A stretch of 64,000 nucleotides of DNA from Antedon mediterranea (Eukaryota > Animalia > Echinodermata). The translations under genes were made by a program, and so were the position numbers. Positions 1 through 12,745 of the stretch are shown in pieces (the first letter of the stretch is position 1; every line of letters starts with the position of its first letter). Where the stretch lies: contig NC_092671.1 of the NCBI RefSeq assembly GCF_964355755.1, forward strand, positions 4,960,001-5,024,000, in the 5' to 3' direction. A model generated the notes under the pieces. It saw only the letters and a list, made by a program, of their open reading frames with translations. It had not been told where the DNA came from and ran no database searches.

Positions 1-1635
1 CACTGCGTGGAACACTGTGCTCATCACAAAATGTCCTATTTATTATCCTCTCCTCATATTATGGGTCAACTATAATCAGGGTACCTTGCGATCTCTCCAG
101 GTATGCTACAATAATGGGTTAAGAATGTTGTTGCAAAGGCCTCGAAATTGTAGTGCCAGCCTCATGTTTACGGAATGTAAAATTCTATCTTTTTATGAAT
201 TGTTAAGAAAATCGATATAGGCCTAGACCTATGGCCTTATGTGTAGACTCAATTCAAGTGAAAATGTTTTAGTCTCAAAGATTATAGGCAATGTCTTATA
301 ATTATAAGTCAAAGATGCTCTCCAGGTGGAATGCCATCCTGAGATGAGTAGTAGTAATTAGTACAGTCTTGTTTATTTTTAATTTATTTATATGTAATTT
401 TACTTTCTATGGACCAGAGATTCCCAATAAAAGATTGAATGAATGAATGAATATCATCATCATGATCATCATCATCGTCGTCGTTTTGCATTGCATCGAT
501 GAAATTATATTGTTTAAAGGTTTGTTGAGAACGATCAAAGTAGGCTATATTATTTGAAACGTCGAGAAACTCAACAGCTTTTCAGAACTATTTTGCATAT
601 ACAGTGCGTGGTCGATGTCATGATTCGTTTATAAGTCAATAAATAAAACCGTAGACATGTATTTGTATTTTCTGTATCATTTTATTTGGAAAATCTTGTG
701 TAGATGTAAAAGTATACAATATTAAACAGTTTAGGTTCATAAAACAAACTATTAAAATCATTAGTCCTCAATGATTCGTCGGTGACACCACTGTGACACT
801 AACTAAACGTAATCAATAATCAATACAATACAAATAATATGATGTGACTGCAGAATACTCACGAACGTAAAATGTATTTTGTTTTCACGAAGAGTCACCA
901 ATGCTAGCATACTAGTTAATTAATTAGCAATAACAAATTAGGCCTACACCTTTTAATAGCAGAATTGTCTATAGCTTTCAGATTTGGAAATAAAAAAAAA
1001 TTATATGTAAAAGCAAATGCATACCATATTAAACATATTACGTTAAATCAAAGAATCTAAAACTAAAACAGCAGTCCTCAATGTAGAAATATATTTCCCA
1101 TTATTCCCTAAATAGGGTTGTTGTTATTGAATCATTGTACTATCTTTCACGTTCTACTTTACATGATGCGTTATGTGACATTGGTCTGTCATGGACCAGC
1201 GTTAATTTTAAAAGCCATGAAATGAACATATTAGCCCTACTGGTAAGATTTAATGTATAGTCAGCGCAATTAAAGGTTAATTTATATTCTATGTTTTCCT
1301 TCTCTCACACCCTACCACCAACATTGCATCCGCCCCAGTGTATATGGCCTGAATTAACTACCGTAGGTATGATATATGTTTCTTCATTTTTTAAAATCTA
1401 AAACTGTATTCACGTATAGTAATTCAGACCGTTAAAACAACCAATATCCTGTTTTATATTTTTCTTCAGATTTGTTTGATCATAAAACTATTTACTATAT
1501 AAAATAGTAAGCGGGGAAAAGAAAGGAAAAGGAAAACTAAAACTATATGTTAATCAGATGGATCAGTCATCTTCATAAGGGTAACCTGATAATTTGCAAT
1601 TATTCATAATATAAAGTTTAAGAAGCTGGGGCTAC

Positions 1636-4502
1636 TCAGGACAGTACCCATGAAAGTGCCAATTTATCAATATCACGGATGTTATTATGCTCAATATCAA
1701 GCTCTTGTAATTTTAACCTATTTGTTGAATACACCCTGATCATTACATTCATTATGTTACCTGATAGATTGCAATTATGCATGCTAAGTCTTAACAGCTT
1801 ATGAGACTTACTCAAGAAAGTACCAAGTAAAGTGCCATCAATGCCACTGATATCATTATTGTCTATATTAAGCACTTTTAATTCTAGCACATTTGTTGCA
1901 TACACCGTAATCATTTCATTCATTACGTCACCTGATAGATTACAAGAGTCCATGTCAAGTTCACTCAGCTTAGGAGACTTACTCAAGAAAGTACCAAGTA
2001 AAGAGCCTTCAATGCCACTGAAATCATTATTCCTAATAACAAGTACTTCTAATTCTAACAAATCTCTTGTGTAATTTCTCATCATTTCATTCATTATGTC
2101 ACCTGATAGATTGCAACCTTCCATGTCAAGTTTACACAACTTAGGAGAATTACTCAATAAAGTACCAAGTAAAGTACCATCAATGCCACTGATATCATTA
2201 TTCCCAATATCAAGATCTTTTAATATTGACTCATTTTTTGTTGCTCTGATCATTTCATTTATTACTTCACCTGACAGCTTACAATCATTCATGCTAAGTA
2301 TAAACAACTGACTCATCAAAGAACCCAGTAAAGTACCATTAATGTCGCTGAGATTATTGCTATTAAAATTGTAAATGGCATTACTTACTTTATCACAATT
2401 TTCAGTCATCATATCGTTTATTATTACACCTGATAGGTTGCATTCCTCCATAGAGGGATTTGGTAACTTACTAAGTATTTTACCATTAATGTTGATGAGA
2501 TTATTACCATCGAGAATGAACTCCTGTAATAGTTGTAAGCAGCTACTTTCTTTACACTCTTTAATCATATCATGTATTATTGTACCTGATAAGTTGCAGT
2601 GTTTTATATTAAATGAATATAGGCTAGGAGACATGTTTAATAAACAACCCAGTAAGGTACCTTCAATGTTGCTGAGATTATTCTCCATGATACTAAGACG
2701 CCCTATTCCTAAATCACCACCCATTTTACCAACCTCTTCAATCATTTTATTCATTACATCACCTGATAGATTACAATTATCTAATTCAAATTCTTGAGTA
2801 CAAAAATATAAAATATGTGCGAGAATTTCTCCTTTATTAGGAAAATGCAATGTATTACAAAATATGTAAAAATCATTTTCGGTTGTCCTATGAATATCCC
2901 TTATAAGCTGTATAAAACTTGTATTATCAGCTGCATCAACAAACACTTTTAAAGAGTTACATATGACAACAATTTGTTCTTGTTTTGTTTCTGTTAAATT
3001 TTTGTTCATGTACTCATTTAGGGATTTGTTCACTCTAACATAATGTTGCTCTTCAACATGTTCCAAGTAAATACTTGCTAAAGGGCGATATGTTGATAGC
3101 TCATTTGTTATCCAATGCTTTAAAAATTTACCAGCATCACCTCCAAGAAACTCAACTGCAAAGGTATTTGCAACCTCTAAATACTCACATTCTCTTATAA
3201 CTTTCCATTCTTCTTCAGGTTCAAATTCTGTAAGTAATCTTCTTACATCCTCTGGGTATTCATTAGTCACACCTTCACACTGTTTATATAGATAAAATCC
3301 GACCAATGACTCTGCTATCAACTTGTGCAGAGGCATGTACACCTCATTCTTCTCTGTGTTACTCTTTAAACTAGATGATTCTTTGTAAACAAATCCAAGA
3401 CCCAGGACGAGATCAATTATATCTTGGCTTACTGTCAGATTGTTTTTGTATATTGAAAGTTTATTTGATTTTAAGGAATTATACATATATTTTCCTAACA
3501 CGATCATAGCATTTATATACTCATTTGGAGAATCTTCAAATTTTGAAATTGTTTGTTTTACTTCGTTATTTTTTCTGAACTGATTAAAAAAACAGCGAAA
3601 AAAATCTTTAAAAAGGTCACACCTATTAGAAGGAAGCTTTTCCTTATCATTCCATATAGTACAAATTGACGAAAGTAACATTGGATTGTTACACAATAAA
3701 CATACCTGAGGGTGTTTTTGACGGAAATAATCTTTCTTGTCAATTTCCAATTCCTTCCTAAGAGAATTTCCCAACCCAGGTTCTTCAAAATACTGAAAAT
3801 ACTTATCAATATAGTTTCTTATGCTGAGTTCACTAAATCCGTTTACTCTCACATGCACATCACAACTGTTTTTAAATTCAGTTACATTAATTGGTCGTGA
3901 TGTAATTATTACAATACTCTCCTCGAAATCTTCCTCTGTGAAAAGATGAGTTAAGCCCTTATTCTCAAATCTCAATTCATCTAATCCGTCCAACAACAAC
4001 ACAATTTTATTTTCATTTTTTACAATGTATTGCTTAATTAATCCGAAATCGTTTGAAAGGCCTGTTTTACATTTAAATCTGTCCATGTTCTGTTGTTTTT
4101 CAATTAGACTTAAGATGGTATCACCTGGTTCTAAATCTCTTATATTCAAAAGATATACAATTTTACCTTTAAATGCTTCAAATTCAATTTCACCTTTAGA
4201 TTCTTCATTTGTTTCAGTAGACCACTTGTATGCTATGTGCCGCAATAACGTCGTTTTTCCTATACCAGCCTCGCCCTCGATAAGAACTTTACAAGCATGT
4301 TTGGATTTGATAATATTCAACACATCGGGTAATGTCGTTGGCTGGCTGTCTGTCTTCTTTTTGTTTTTCTTGAGTAGCTCCAAGTCCGTAAACATTTCCG
4401 AAATATCGACTTTGAATTCATTACTCATTATGTGTGGTGTAAACCTTCTGGCTTTTCTGCACAATTTACGCTGTTTAGCAAGCAGATAATCTCCTATAAT
4501 TT
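1636..4502 (-). CDS. NLR (NACHT-LRR) receptor, large terminal exon with NACHT NTPase, helical domains and LRRs
   Basis: ORF 1636..4521 has Walker A GEAGIGKTT, Walker B LLLDGLDE, NACHT motifs IITSRP and CNNPMLLS, and repeated LxxLxMxxCNLSG/LxIxNNxISGI LRRs. A phase-1 acceptor (ttttatag|AA) puts the exon start at 4502. Confidence 0.93.
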
Positions 4503-4687
4503 CTATAAAATAAACAAACATTGTTATTATATTTAGAAATCATTAGTATATTTTTGTAAACCATGATTATTATGTTTCGATAAGTTATCTTACGCTGTTC
4601 TGTAACTTACCTACGAGTACAAAACAACTTACTCTTCTAAATTACGTGTTACTAATTGGGGTACTATACCTAACGTAAATAGGCCAT

Positions 4688-5180
4688 TGTCACGAACTCC
4701 TCTCACGTATGTTTCCGAGCGGTTGAAAATACTTAGGAACTCTCTTGTGACATAAAAAGTATACACACAAAAATCCACAAAGTTGTAAAATAACTCAAAA
4801 ACAAAGCTTTAATTTCAATCAACTTCAACTTTTAACAATCCAGTAAGCACTTTAAACAACAGCTTCACAATAACTTTACAATATAATATCCAACCTCTAA
4901 TCCAACAACCTTCTTCAAATTAAATGCTTCAATCAAAAATCCTTCTCCCCCTTTACAATTGTCATACTTCCCCTTATATACAATATGTTCATAACCTTCT
5001 AGATCATTCCTTATACTTCTTCTTATTCTATTGATTACAGTCCCTATTAATAGCACTTCTGGAATGTTCTTGATTGTTCTTATTAATTATACATGGTTTC
5101 TTAAATCAAAACATCTTATTCTAGAATGTTCATGTAAATACTATGTTACTCTATATGTTAGGGAATGGTAATTTATTACA
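4688..5180 (-). repeat. 3' LTR
   Basis: Direct repeat of 7877..8369 (three substitutions seen by eye), next to the polypurine tract AGAAAGAGGGGGGAG at 5181..5195. Confidence 0.95.
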
Positions 5181-5253
5181 CTCCCCCCTCTTTCTGAGCT
5201 CAAAACTCTTTCTTGGAGTTTTGAGGGGCTAGTATACACGGACGTGGCAAAAT

Positions 5254-7488
5254 TTAACCCACTCCTAGTCTATAAAACTTAAATACGCCATAATAACATG
5301 GAACATAATTATTAATAATTACTAATAATGAACAAACAACATTCATGTAAATTTGTCCGAATGGTTCACTAATTACTGACATAGGAATCATAAAGTCCTT
5401 AAATTTAGTTCTATACTTTGAAGTTTTCTGACAAATCTCACAAGTGTTGCAATATTCAGTCACATCCTTTCTAATACCAGGCCAAAAGAATCTTTGCTTT
5501 ATCCCATCTAATGTCTTTTTCCTACCTAAATGACCTGCCAAAGGAATATCATGTGAGACTTTCAATACACTATTACGGCAAGTGTATGGAACTACTAATT
5601 GCTCTATTGGTTCTGTCTGGTGTTTAGTGAAAACTTGCCTAAATAAAATTCCATCCTTACAGACTATCTTTATAGTGTCATCATCTTTCTGTACTAACAT
5701 CTGTTCTCGAAGTGAAATTAAAGTTCTATCCTTAACCTGATAATCCTTAATTTTATCTCTGCCAATATCTAAAATGTCTAATTCACTATCTTGGCTAGAT
5801 TGAGCTTCCTTTGTTTTTGCAAACTCTTTCCTAACTTTTCGTTTCTCACTTCTGGTTTTATGAACTTTTTCCTTGGGAGGGTTGTCACTGAGTAGTTGGC
5901 CATCTGAATGTCCAAATTCTTCTTGAAAATTAACCACATCATCTAACTGACGTGAAATAACCCCAGAAGCTTTTTCCGAATTTAATTCGTTTTCCTCTCT
6001 TAGTTTTTCTTTTCTAGCATGATCTCTAGTGGCAACAAAACTATGCCTATCATGATTCTTATCCCCCTTCCCTAATAAATCTCCAAATTTAGGAAAGTCT
6101 CTACCAAGAATTACATCTCTTGGTAAATCGCTGCAAACGCCAACCAACAAATTATGGTCTTCGTTATTAACCTTAATATTGACGAATGCAGTTGGATAGG
6201 CTTGGACATGGTCATGGACGCACCTGCATGTAATTTTAGCTTGCTCCGCGCAATTAATTTTCTTAGCCGCTACTAAATCAGAATGAACAAGTGTCATATC
6301 ACATCCAGAGTCTATCAAAATTTCACAATCACATCCTTCAACTAGGCCTCTACAAGTGTAAGGTGTACATGGTTTTGAAACAGTATCTGTCTTTGTCGAC
6401 AAAAAGCCATCCTTACTGCGACAAAATCGTTCAATATGGCCTACTTTTTTGCACCGTCTACAAACGAGAGGTTGTCTAGCGTCAGATTGTGATTTCTGAA
6501 AGTTATCAGGGGGATTATTATTACCCTTACTGTCAACTTCAGGAGTGCCTTTCACTGTTTTCTCCTGGTTGTTTCTATGTTCGTGTTTTCTATTTTGAAA
6601 CTTTTTCTCAAAATCGATACCTTTTCTAGCTTGAAAATAATTATCTGCTAATTCTGCAGCATTTAATCCAGAATCTGGTTTATGTTCTTTAACCCAAATT
6701 TGTACCCCTGTGGGCATAATATCTATTAATTGCTCTAAAATAACAATTTCAGCTAAATTATCTTTGCTTTTATCAGCAGGCCTAGCCCACTTAGTAAATA
6801 AATCTTTTAACCTAACATACATTTCTCTATAACTTTCTTCACTTTTCTTTTTAATTGACCTAAACCTTTGCCTATATGTCTCTTCAGTTATGTCATACCT
6901 TTGTAATATTGCTTTCTTCACTATGTCGTACTGGTTACTTTCTGTCACTGGTAGTGATGCATAGGCTGCTCTTGCTTTGCCTGTCAAATGAGGTATTAGT
7001 TTTACTACCCAGTGTTCTTTTCGCCACTCATAGGTTTTAGCAATTCGTTCAAACGTAGTGAGATAATTTTCAATATCATCACTATCAGAAAGCTTTGCAA
7101 TCTGAACTTCCTTCAATCTCATTATGTCTTTTAATCGTTTCTCCTCACTGTCCTTTTGCTTATCCATTAACGCCATTACTAATGCTTGCTGTTTCTCCAT
7201 ATCTTCCCTACGTAAACGTTCTTGTCTTTCCATATCTTCTTTGCGTAAACGTTCTTGTTGTTCCATCATCTGCTGCATCATAAGATTCTGTTGTTGCATT
7301 TTACTGCTGCATTTGCTGCTGCATCAACAGCAAAACATCTTTTGAAGATGAGTCAGCCCACTGGTTGGTCCAGACTCTTCTGCCTGTTGTTCAGGTTGTA
7401 CTGATTGAACTGATTCTACATCCGAATCAGTTTCATCGCCGCCGCTGTATTCTCTACCGGATCTTGTTATTGATTGTTTATCAGCCAT
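5254..7488 (-). pseudogene. gag-pol remnant: SCAN-like Gag, CCHC knuckle, aspartic protease, integrase H2C2 zinc finger, then truncation
   Basis: ETYRQRFR...LEQL...VQIWVKEHKPDS..AAELADNY (SCAN-like), CRRCKKVGHIERFC, LIDSGC, H...GHLG...FFWPGI...CEIC. The N-terminus from ATG 7488 (MADKQSITRSG) is separated from the main ORF by a stop/1-nt frameshift near 7300. Confidence 0.88.
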
Positions 7489-7666
7489 ATTTTAAATCTG
7501 GATGAGGGTCTTGTTACTAGTTAATCGTAGTTACCGAGACGTTCACAAGTCTACTGTTCCAAATAAATAATGTACTGTTCTTAAAACAATGTTTGTGTAC
7601 TTACGATTAAACAAAACGTAGCACCACGGCTTCCGTAAAATATCTCAGTATCGTAAGTACCGCTTT

Positions 7667-7728
7667 CACAAAATATCAATAAAGTATCACAAAATATCAA
7701 TAAAGTATCACAAAATATCAATAAAGTA
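7667..7728. repeat. 21-bp tandem repeat x3 (tcacaaaatatcaataaagta) in the retroelement 5' UTR
   Basis: Seen directly. Confidence 0.85.
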
Positions 7729-7858
7729 CGTCAGTTGATCCTAAAACAGCCACCAATCTATGGCAAAATACAGTAGATCAAACTGCTACCACAAAATATC
7801 ACAACAGTAGGCCTACTGTAGATAAATACACAGTTAAGTCGAACAGTAGATCGAAATA

Positions 7859-7871
7859 ACCGCTGCCACCA
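7859..7871 (-). promoter_or_regulatory. Primer-binding site TGGTGGCAGCGGT, complementary to a tRNA-Leu 3' end
   Basis: Lies 5 nt inside the 5' LTR; complementary to ...ACCGCUGCCACCA of eukaryotic tRNA-Leu(AAG/UAG). Confidence 0.75.
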
Positions 7872-7876
7872 AATTA

Positions 7877-8369
7877 TGTCACGAACTCCTCTCACGTATG
7901 TTTCCGAGCGGTTGAAAATACTTAGGAACTCCCTTGTGACATAAAAAGTATACACACAAAAATCCACAAAGTTGTAAAATAACTCAAAAACAAAGCTTTA
8001 ATTTCAATCAACTTCAACTTTTAACAATCCAGTAAGCACTTTAAACAACAGCTTCACAATAACTTTACAATATAATATCCAACCTCTAATCCAACAACCT
8101 TCTTCAAATTAAATGCTTCAATCAAAAATCCTTCTCCCCCTTTACAATTGTCATACTTCCCCTTATATACAATATGTTCATAACCTTCTAGATCATTCCT
8201 TATACTTCTTCTTATTCTATTGATTACAGTCCCTATTAATAGCACTTCTGGAATGTTCTTGATTGTTCTTATTAATTATACATGGTTTCTTAAATCAAAA
8301 CGTCTTATTCTAGAATGTTCATGTAAATACTATGTTACTCTATATGTTAGGGAATAGTAATTTATTACA
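7877..8369 (-). repeat. 5' LTR
   Basis: Direct repeat of 4688..5180, followed on the minus strand by the PBS. Confidence 0.95.
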
Positions 8370-8774
8370 GCCATAAACTCATTGACTTTAACAACTTTAA
8401 CTGCATAATAATTATAAAACAAAGACGTAAATGTATTGCGTGAAAGCTATTAGCAATATTAACAGTACTATTGATCCTAAATTAACAAGAATCAGCCTAA
8501 ATTAACAAGAATCAGAAGGGCTTTTAGAATAGAAAATTCTAAAAAAATGATTGAAAATCTATTGTTTGTAGCATTAAATATAAAGTTGTTTCCGTCCCAA
8601 TTCTGTCTGCATTTTGGTCTTAATAAGCATTGTTTTTAAAAATCATATACAATGAGAAGTAGTTTATACAAGATATACAAATTAACCATTGAATCTGTCT
8701 ATTATTAGACAAAAACTCAACAAAAAGCTGCATAATATTTTATATAATAATGTATTAATAAACAGTATACGTAC

Positions 8775-8813
8775 CATGATGATGATAATCTTGAGAAGGT
8801 ATCATTATCGCAC
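8775..8813 (-). CDS. 39-nt phase 1-1 linker exon of the NLR gene (GAIMIPSQDYHHH)
   Basis: ttcag|GT...ATG|gtacgt; its phase joins the DED exons in frame to the NACHT exon. Confidence 0.55.
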
Positions 8814-9397
8814 CTGAAGTTTAAATAAATATTATAAACATAGATTATCTTTCGAAGTGACTAAATATAAAAAAACAGGCATGAGGATAAATAATTATTA
8901 ATAATTTTCACACCTTTAATTTTGATAAGCTTTTTTTAAATCTATATTTTATTATATAGGCCTATAATAAATGATTTTTTTTTAATAAATCGAGTCCACT
9001 CTACTTTAATACTAATATATTGTTGTTAATCATTTAAAGTAGTAAAGAACATTTATTATCATTTTACAAATAATTTTAAAATAATACTTGTTGCAGGATT
9101 TAGCTTTTTCTATTATTTATGTTTAGTTTTTAGGCTAGTTCGGGACGTAGGGGGACACAATTAATCAAGCTCTTTTGAGTTTTTATGTGTTTCCTTTTCA
9201 TCTTTATTTTATGTTCTCATATATTGTTGTATATTTTCATGATTGATGATGAATAAAGAATATTTGAATTGAAAAATAAATGACATTTGGTCAATAAGTG
9301 TTATATTATAAACTCCTTTTCAGTCGTCGGTTTCAGACTGAATTTTCGTTTGAATCATAATAGTAAGTAATAATATTTAAAGAATAAGAATGCCTAC

Positions 9398-9478
9398 TTT
9401 TAATTTTCTTTAACTTTTCTGCAAATTCGTTCCATTTCTGTTCATTGATTTTACCTCTGCATTTTTCAAGATCAAAAG
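9398..9478 (-). pseudogene. 3' remnant of an older, diverged tandem-DED exon
   Basis: Translates AFDLEKCRGKINEQKWNEFAEKLKKIK and ends at a phase-1 donor (A|gtaggc). Aligns with LFDLDRRIDEPLNKDNWAKFVENLKKTK at the end of the DED exons. Confidence 0.6.
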
Positions 9479-9542
9479 CAATATTTTATTTATTTGTTAA
9501 ATTAGGCCTACATTTTCCAATATTCAAAATAAGAAATCATAC

Positions 9543-10058
9543 CTGTTTTTTTTGTTTTTTTTAAATTTTCAACAAATTTGGCCCAATTATCTTTGTTTAG
9601 TGGTTCATCTATGCGTCTGTCAAGATCAAAGAGCATATCCCATCGATCTGAATATGATTTGTTTGGATTATTGTACATTCCGTTAATTGTCTTCAAGTCG
9701 TCATCAGACAAGGAAGAGAAGAATGAGATGGTTTTTTGTCTGTGAGGAGATAGTATTGATGAAACTAGTTTTACATCTGGGAATGATTCCATCTCCTTCC
9801 TAATCAGGTCTCTTAGTCCAAATTGATTGGTGATAATAATCGCATCGTTAAAAAGTGTAAGATTCTGTGGACTCAGATTTCCAGTATCATCCAATGACTG
9901 CAACATGTCTATTGTACTTTTGACGTTGGAAAATGTAGCGTTGTTTAATAAATCACTGTACACACATTTAAGCATACTGAATAGTCCATCCTCGCGGCGC
10001 TCGTCATACCAGGATGAAAAAACTACCTTTATCATTTGGTACGTTTCCTCTGCTGTTC
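9543..10058 (-). CDS. NLR N-terminal exon A, tandem death-effector-like domains (516 nt, phase 1-1)
   Basis: tttcataag|GA...ACAG|gtatga. GNLSPQNLTL..AI.ITNQFGLRDLI and SPHRQ..ISFFSSLSDDDL resemble caspase-8/cFLIP tandem DEDs (recognised by eye). Confidence 0.75.
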
Positions 10059-10873
10059 CTTATGAAACAAACAAATACAGTGTTATTGATTAAACTCGAC
10101 CGATACATTATGGTATTTTTGGGCTAGTATTTAGTAGCACAGTGAGATATTTCTCACTATTTACAGGTTTATTTTTATAGCAGAATATGTGTGATCATGA
10201 TTTTCAGCTTTAAATAAATATCGTTTTATATATAAAACTACAGAGATGTAACATGGTCTATATTCTTTAATAGGATCCTCGACGATTAAATTAAAAATGA
10301 CGGTAAAAGTTCCTTTAATTGTTTACATTTAACAGAGATTATCTTTCAAATAGACTAATATTATAATCAAACAGGATACGCACATTTTTACGAACCAATA
10401 TTTAGCTAGAGTACCAGGCTAAACAAATTGTACAAATCAGTAATAATTCACACATATTAACTGAATTAACTATAATTTTTTAACATTATTTAGTCTAGAA
10501 AATAGTATCTCTTAACAGGTAAGGCCTTTTCCTGGACCTTTATGTAAATGACTGGAATTTTTCCCATGAAAAGTTTAATTTTCTAAGGTTTGATTTACTT
10601 TTAAATATATCGGAACCATATAACAACTCAACTACAATACATTAACAAAACAGATATCACCGTTCGAATCAAAAGTATTGTTTAAACGAATTCTAGTACT
10701 GGTGCCTACAGTATAGGCCTACAGTAATTTAATTGTTTCTTAATTCCTAAAACGTTGTTACTATATCCGATCATTGTACAGATCAATGATCACTATCGAT
10801 TAAGTTAAGCAATATTTTATTTATTTGTTAAATTAGGCCTACATTTTCCAATATTCAAATTAAGAAATCATAC

Positions 10874-11389
10874 CTGTTTTTTTTGTTTTGTTTAAATTTT
10901 CAACAAATTTGGCCCAATTATCTTTGTTTAGTGGTTCATCTATGCGTCTGTCAAGATCAAAGAGCATATCCCATCGATCTGAATATGATTTGTTTGGATT
11001 ATTGTACATTCCGTTAATTGTCTTCAAGTCGTCATCAGACAAGGAAGAGAAGAATGAGATGGTTTTTTGTCTGTGAGGAGATAGTATTGATGAAACTAGT
11101 TTTACATCTGGGAATGATTCCACCTCCTCCCTAATCAGGTTTCTTAGTCCAAATTGATTGGTGATAATAATCGCATCGTTCAAAAGTGTAAGATTCTGTG
11201 GACTCAGATTTCCAGTATCATCCAATGACTGCAACATGTCTATTGTACTTTTGACGTTGGAAAATGTAGCGTTGTTCAATAAATCACTGTACACACATTT
11301 AAGCATACTGAATAGTCCATCCTCGCGGCGCTCGTCATACCAGGATGAAAAAACTACCTTTATCATTTGGTACGTTTCCTCTGTTGTTC
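10874..11389 (-). CDS. NLR N-terminal exon B, near-identical duplicate tandem-DED exon (516 nt, phase 1-1)
   Basis: Same splice sites and length as 9543..10058, with only a few amino-acid differences. Confidence 0.75.
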
Positions 11390-11660
11390 CTTATGAAACA
11401 AACAAATACAGTGTTATTTATTAACTCGACCGATACATTATGTTATTTTTGGGCTAGTATTTAGTAGCACAGTGAGATATTTCTCACTATTTACAGGTTT
11501 ATCTTTATAGCAGAAGGTGTGATCATGATTTTCAGCTTTAAACATAATTAAATTTTTTTTTTTATATATCAAACTACAGATGTAACTTGGTCTATATTCT
11601 TGAATTGGATCCTCGACGATTAAATTAAAAATGACGGTAAAAGTTCATTTAATTGTTTAC

Positions 11661-11720
11661 CTTTGGGCTTACTTTGAACTACTTTTTTGGGGCTAGGTTC
11701 ATCTTCGTCTTCACTCTCAT
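11661..11720 (-). CDS. 60-nt phase 1-1 exon (DESEDEDEPSPKKVVQSKPK), probably an upstream NLR exon; start exon not located
   Basis: tttatag|AT...AAAG|gtaaac; open in the phase of the DED exons. Confidence 0.55.
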
Positions 11721-12248
11721 CTATAAATAACATGTTTATACGGTATGAATAAATATAATTAGATTAAATTGTTGTTAAATTGATATAATGGTACATTAAA
11801 ATGTATCATAAGAAATTCAACATAAATGATGCAATATATATTTTACAATATTTTATTATTAGCATATTTTAAAACAATTTCAACATTTAATCTTTAATTA
11901 TTTAAAAAATTAAATTACCATGTCTTCTTTTTGTCGTGCTTTGAGACGATTTTTCATCTAAATAAAATTAAGAAAATAAATGTTATATTATTTAGAATAA
12001 TTATGAATTACAAAATTATGTGTTATACATATCAGTGGACGAATTTTATAATGTGGACGGTTATAGCCTTGTTATTATTTGTAAAGTCGGCTAAAAGAAG
12101 TGTCAACAAAATCATCAAACTTACGTTCACGATCTGCCATTTTCCCAAATTATGTGCCTATCTGCAAAACAATTGTGTGTAAATCATTTTTACGGTAGTT
12201 GTTTAAATTACCATCCACCGTCTATATCATACATCAATCTTTTATTAA

Positions 12249-12541
12249 AGATGTATGAGGTAATAATTCACTAAATTTTGTTGGACATGACATTTTAATG
12301 TCACGTAATAGTAAGTGGATCGAAAAATGTATTTACCTGACAAAACTGTAATTTAAAGCAAAACAATATTCAATGCCAGCCAATGGGTTTTTGGTGGAAT
12401 TATTTTGTGAAAATTAAGTGAAAACACTATTTTTGGGGTATTTTTTCTACGGAAGTGAATAACTTTATTAAAACTATAACAAAATAACCTATTCAGTCTG
12501 ACTTAATCAATCTTCATTTCTCAGGTTTTGGGGGGACATCT
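12249..12541. mobile_element. Kolobok-like MITE (TTAA TSD); related degenerate copy at about 28637..28961
   Basis: ttaa|agatgt...acatct|ttaa. Internal ttgctttaaattacagttttt...ggtaaat is shared in inverted orientation with 28810..28846. Confidence 0.5.
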
Positions 12542-12670
12542 TTAAATGATTATGGCCTTTATGTCAATATTAAATCCTTTGCTCGGAAATGAAATTGTTT
12601 TTAATTATTATTTAGCACATCTAGGCTAATACTAATTGTTACTGTAACACCGTACAGGAGGACAAAATTT

Positions 12671-12745
12671 CCACTCGACAGTGCAGTTCTTCCCACTCGA
12701 CAGTGCAGTTCTTTTTGGGAAAGCCACTCGACAGTGCAGTTCTTT
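12671..12745. repeat. Three copies of ccactcgacagtgcagttctt
   Basis: Seen directly. Confidence 0.85.

Larger units (their letters stand above)
4688..8369 (-). mobile_element. Ty3/gypsy Gmr1-like LTR retrotransposon, internally deleted (non-autonomous)
   Basis: 493-bp TG...CA LTRs at 4688..5180 and 7877..8369; 5-bp TSD GCCAT (4683..4687, 8370..8374); PBS and PPT present; gag-PR-partial IN ORF; no RT or RNase H. Confidence 0.95.
9477..11660. repeat. Direct duplication of about 850 bp (9477..10326 and 10807..11660) containing the DED exon and flanking intron
   Basis: Near-identical sequence from aagcaatattttatttatttg to aaaatgacggtaaaagttc.tttaattgtttac in both copies. Confidence 0.92.

Noticed and set aside
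1832-2797. Plus-strand ORFs antisense to the LRR region (similarly 29180..29638 and 39181..40442)
   Set aside because: Shadow ORFs of real minus-strand coding sequence.
4865-8245. Identical 63-aa ORFs at 4865..5056 and 8054..8245
   Set aside because: They lie within the two LTRs; identity reflects LTR duplication, not coding function.
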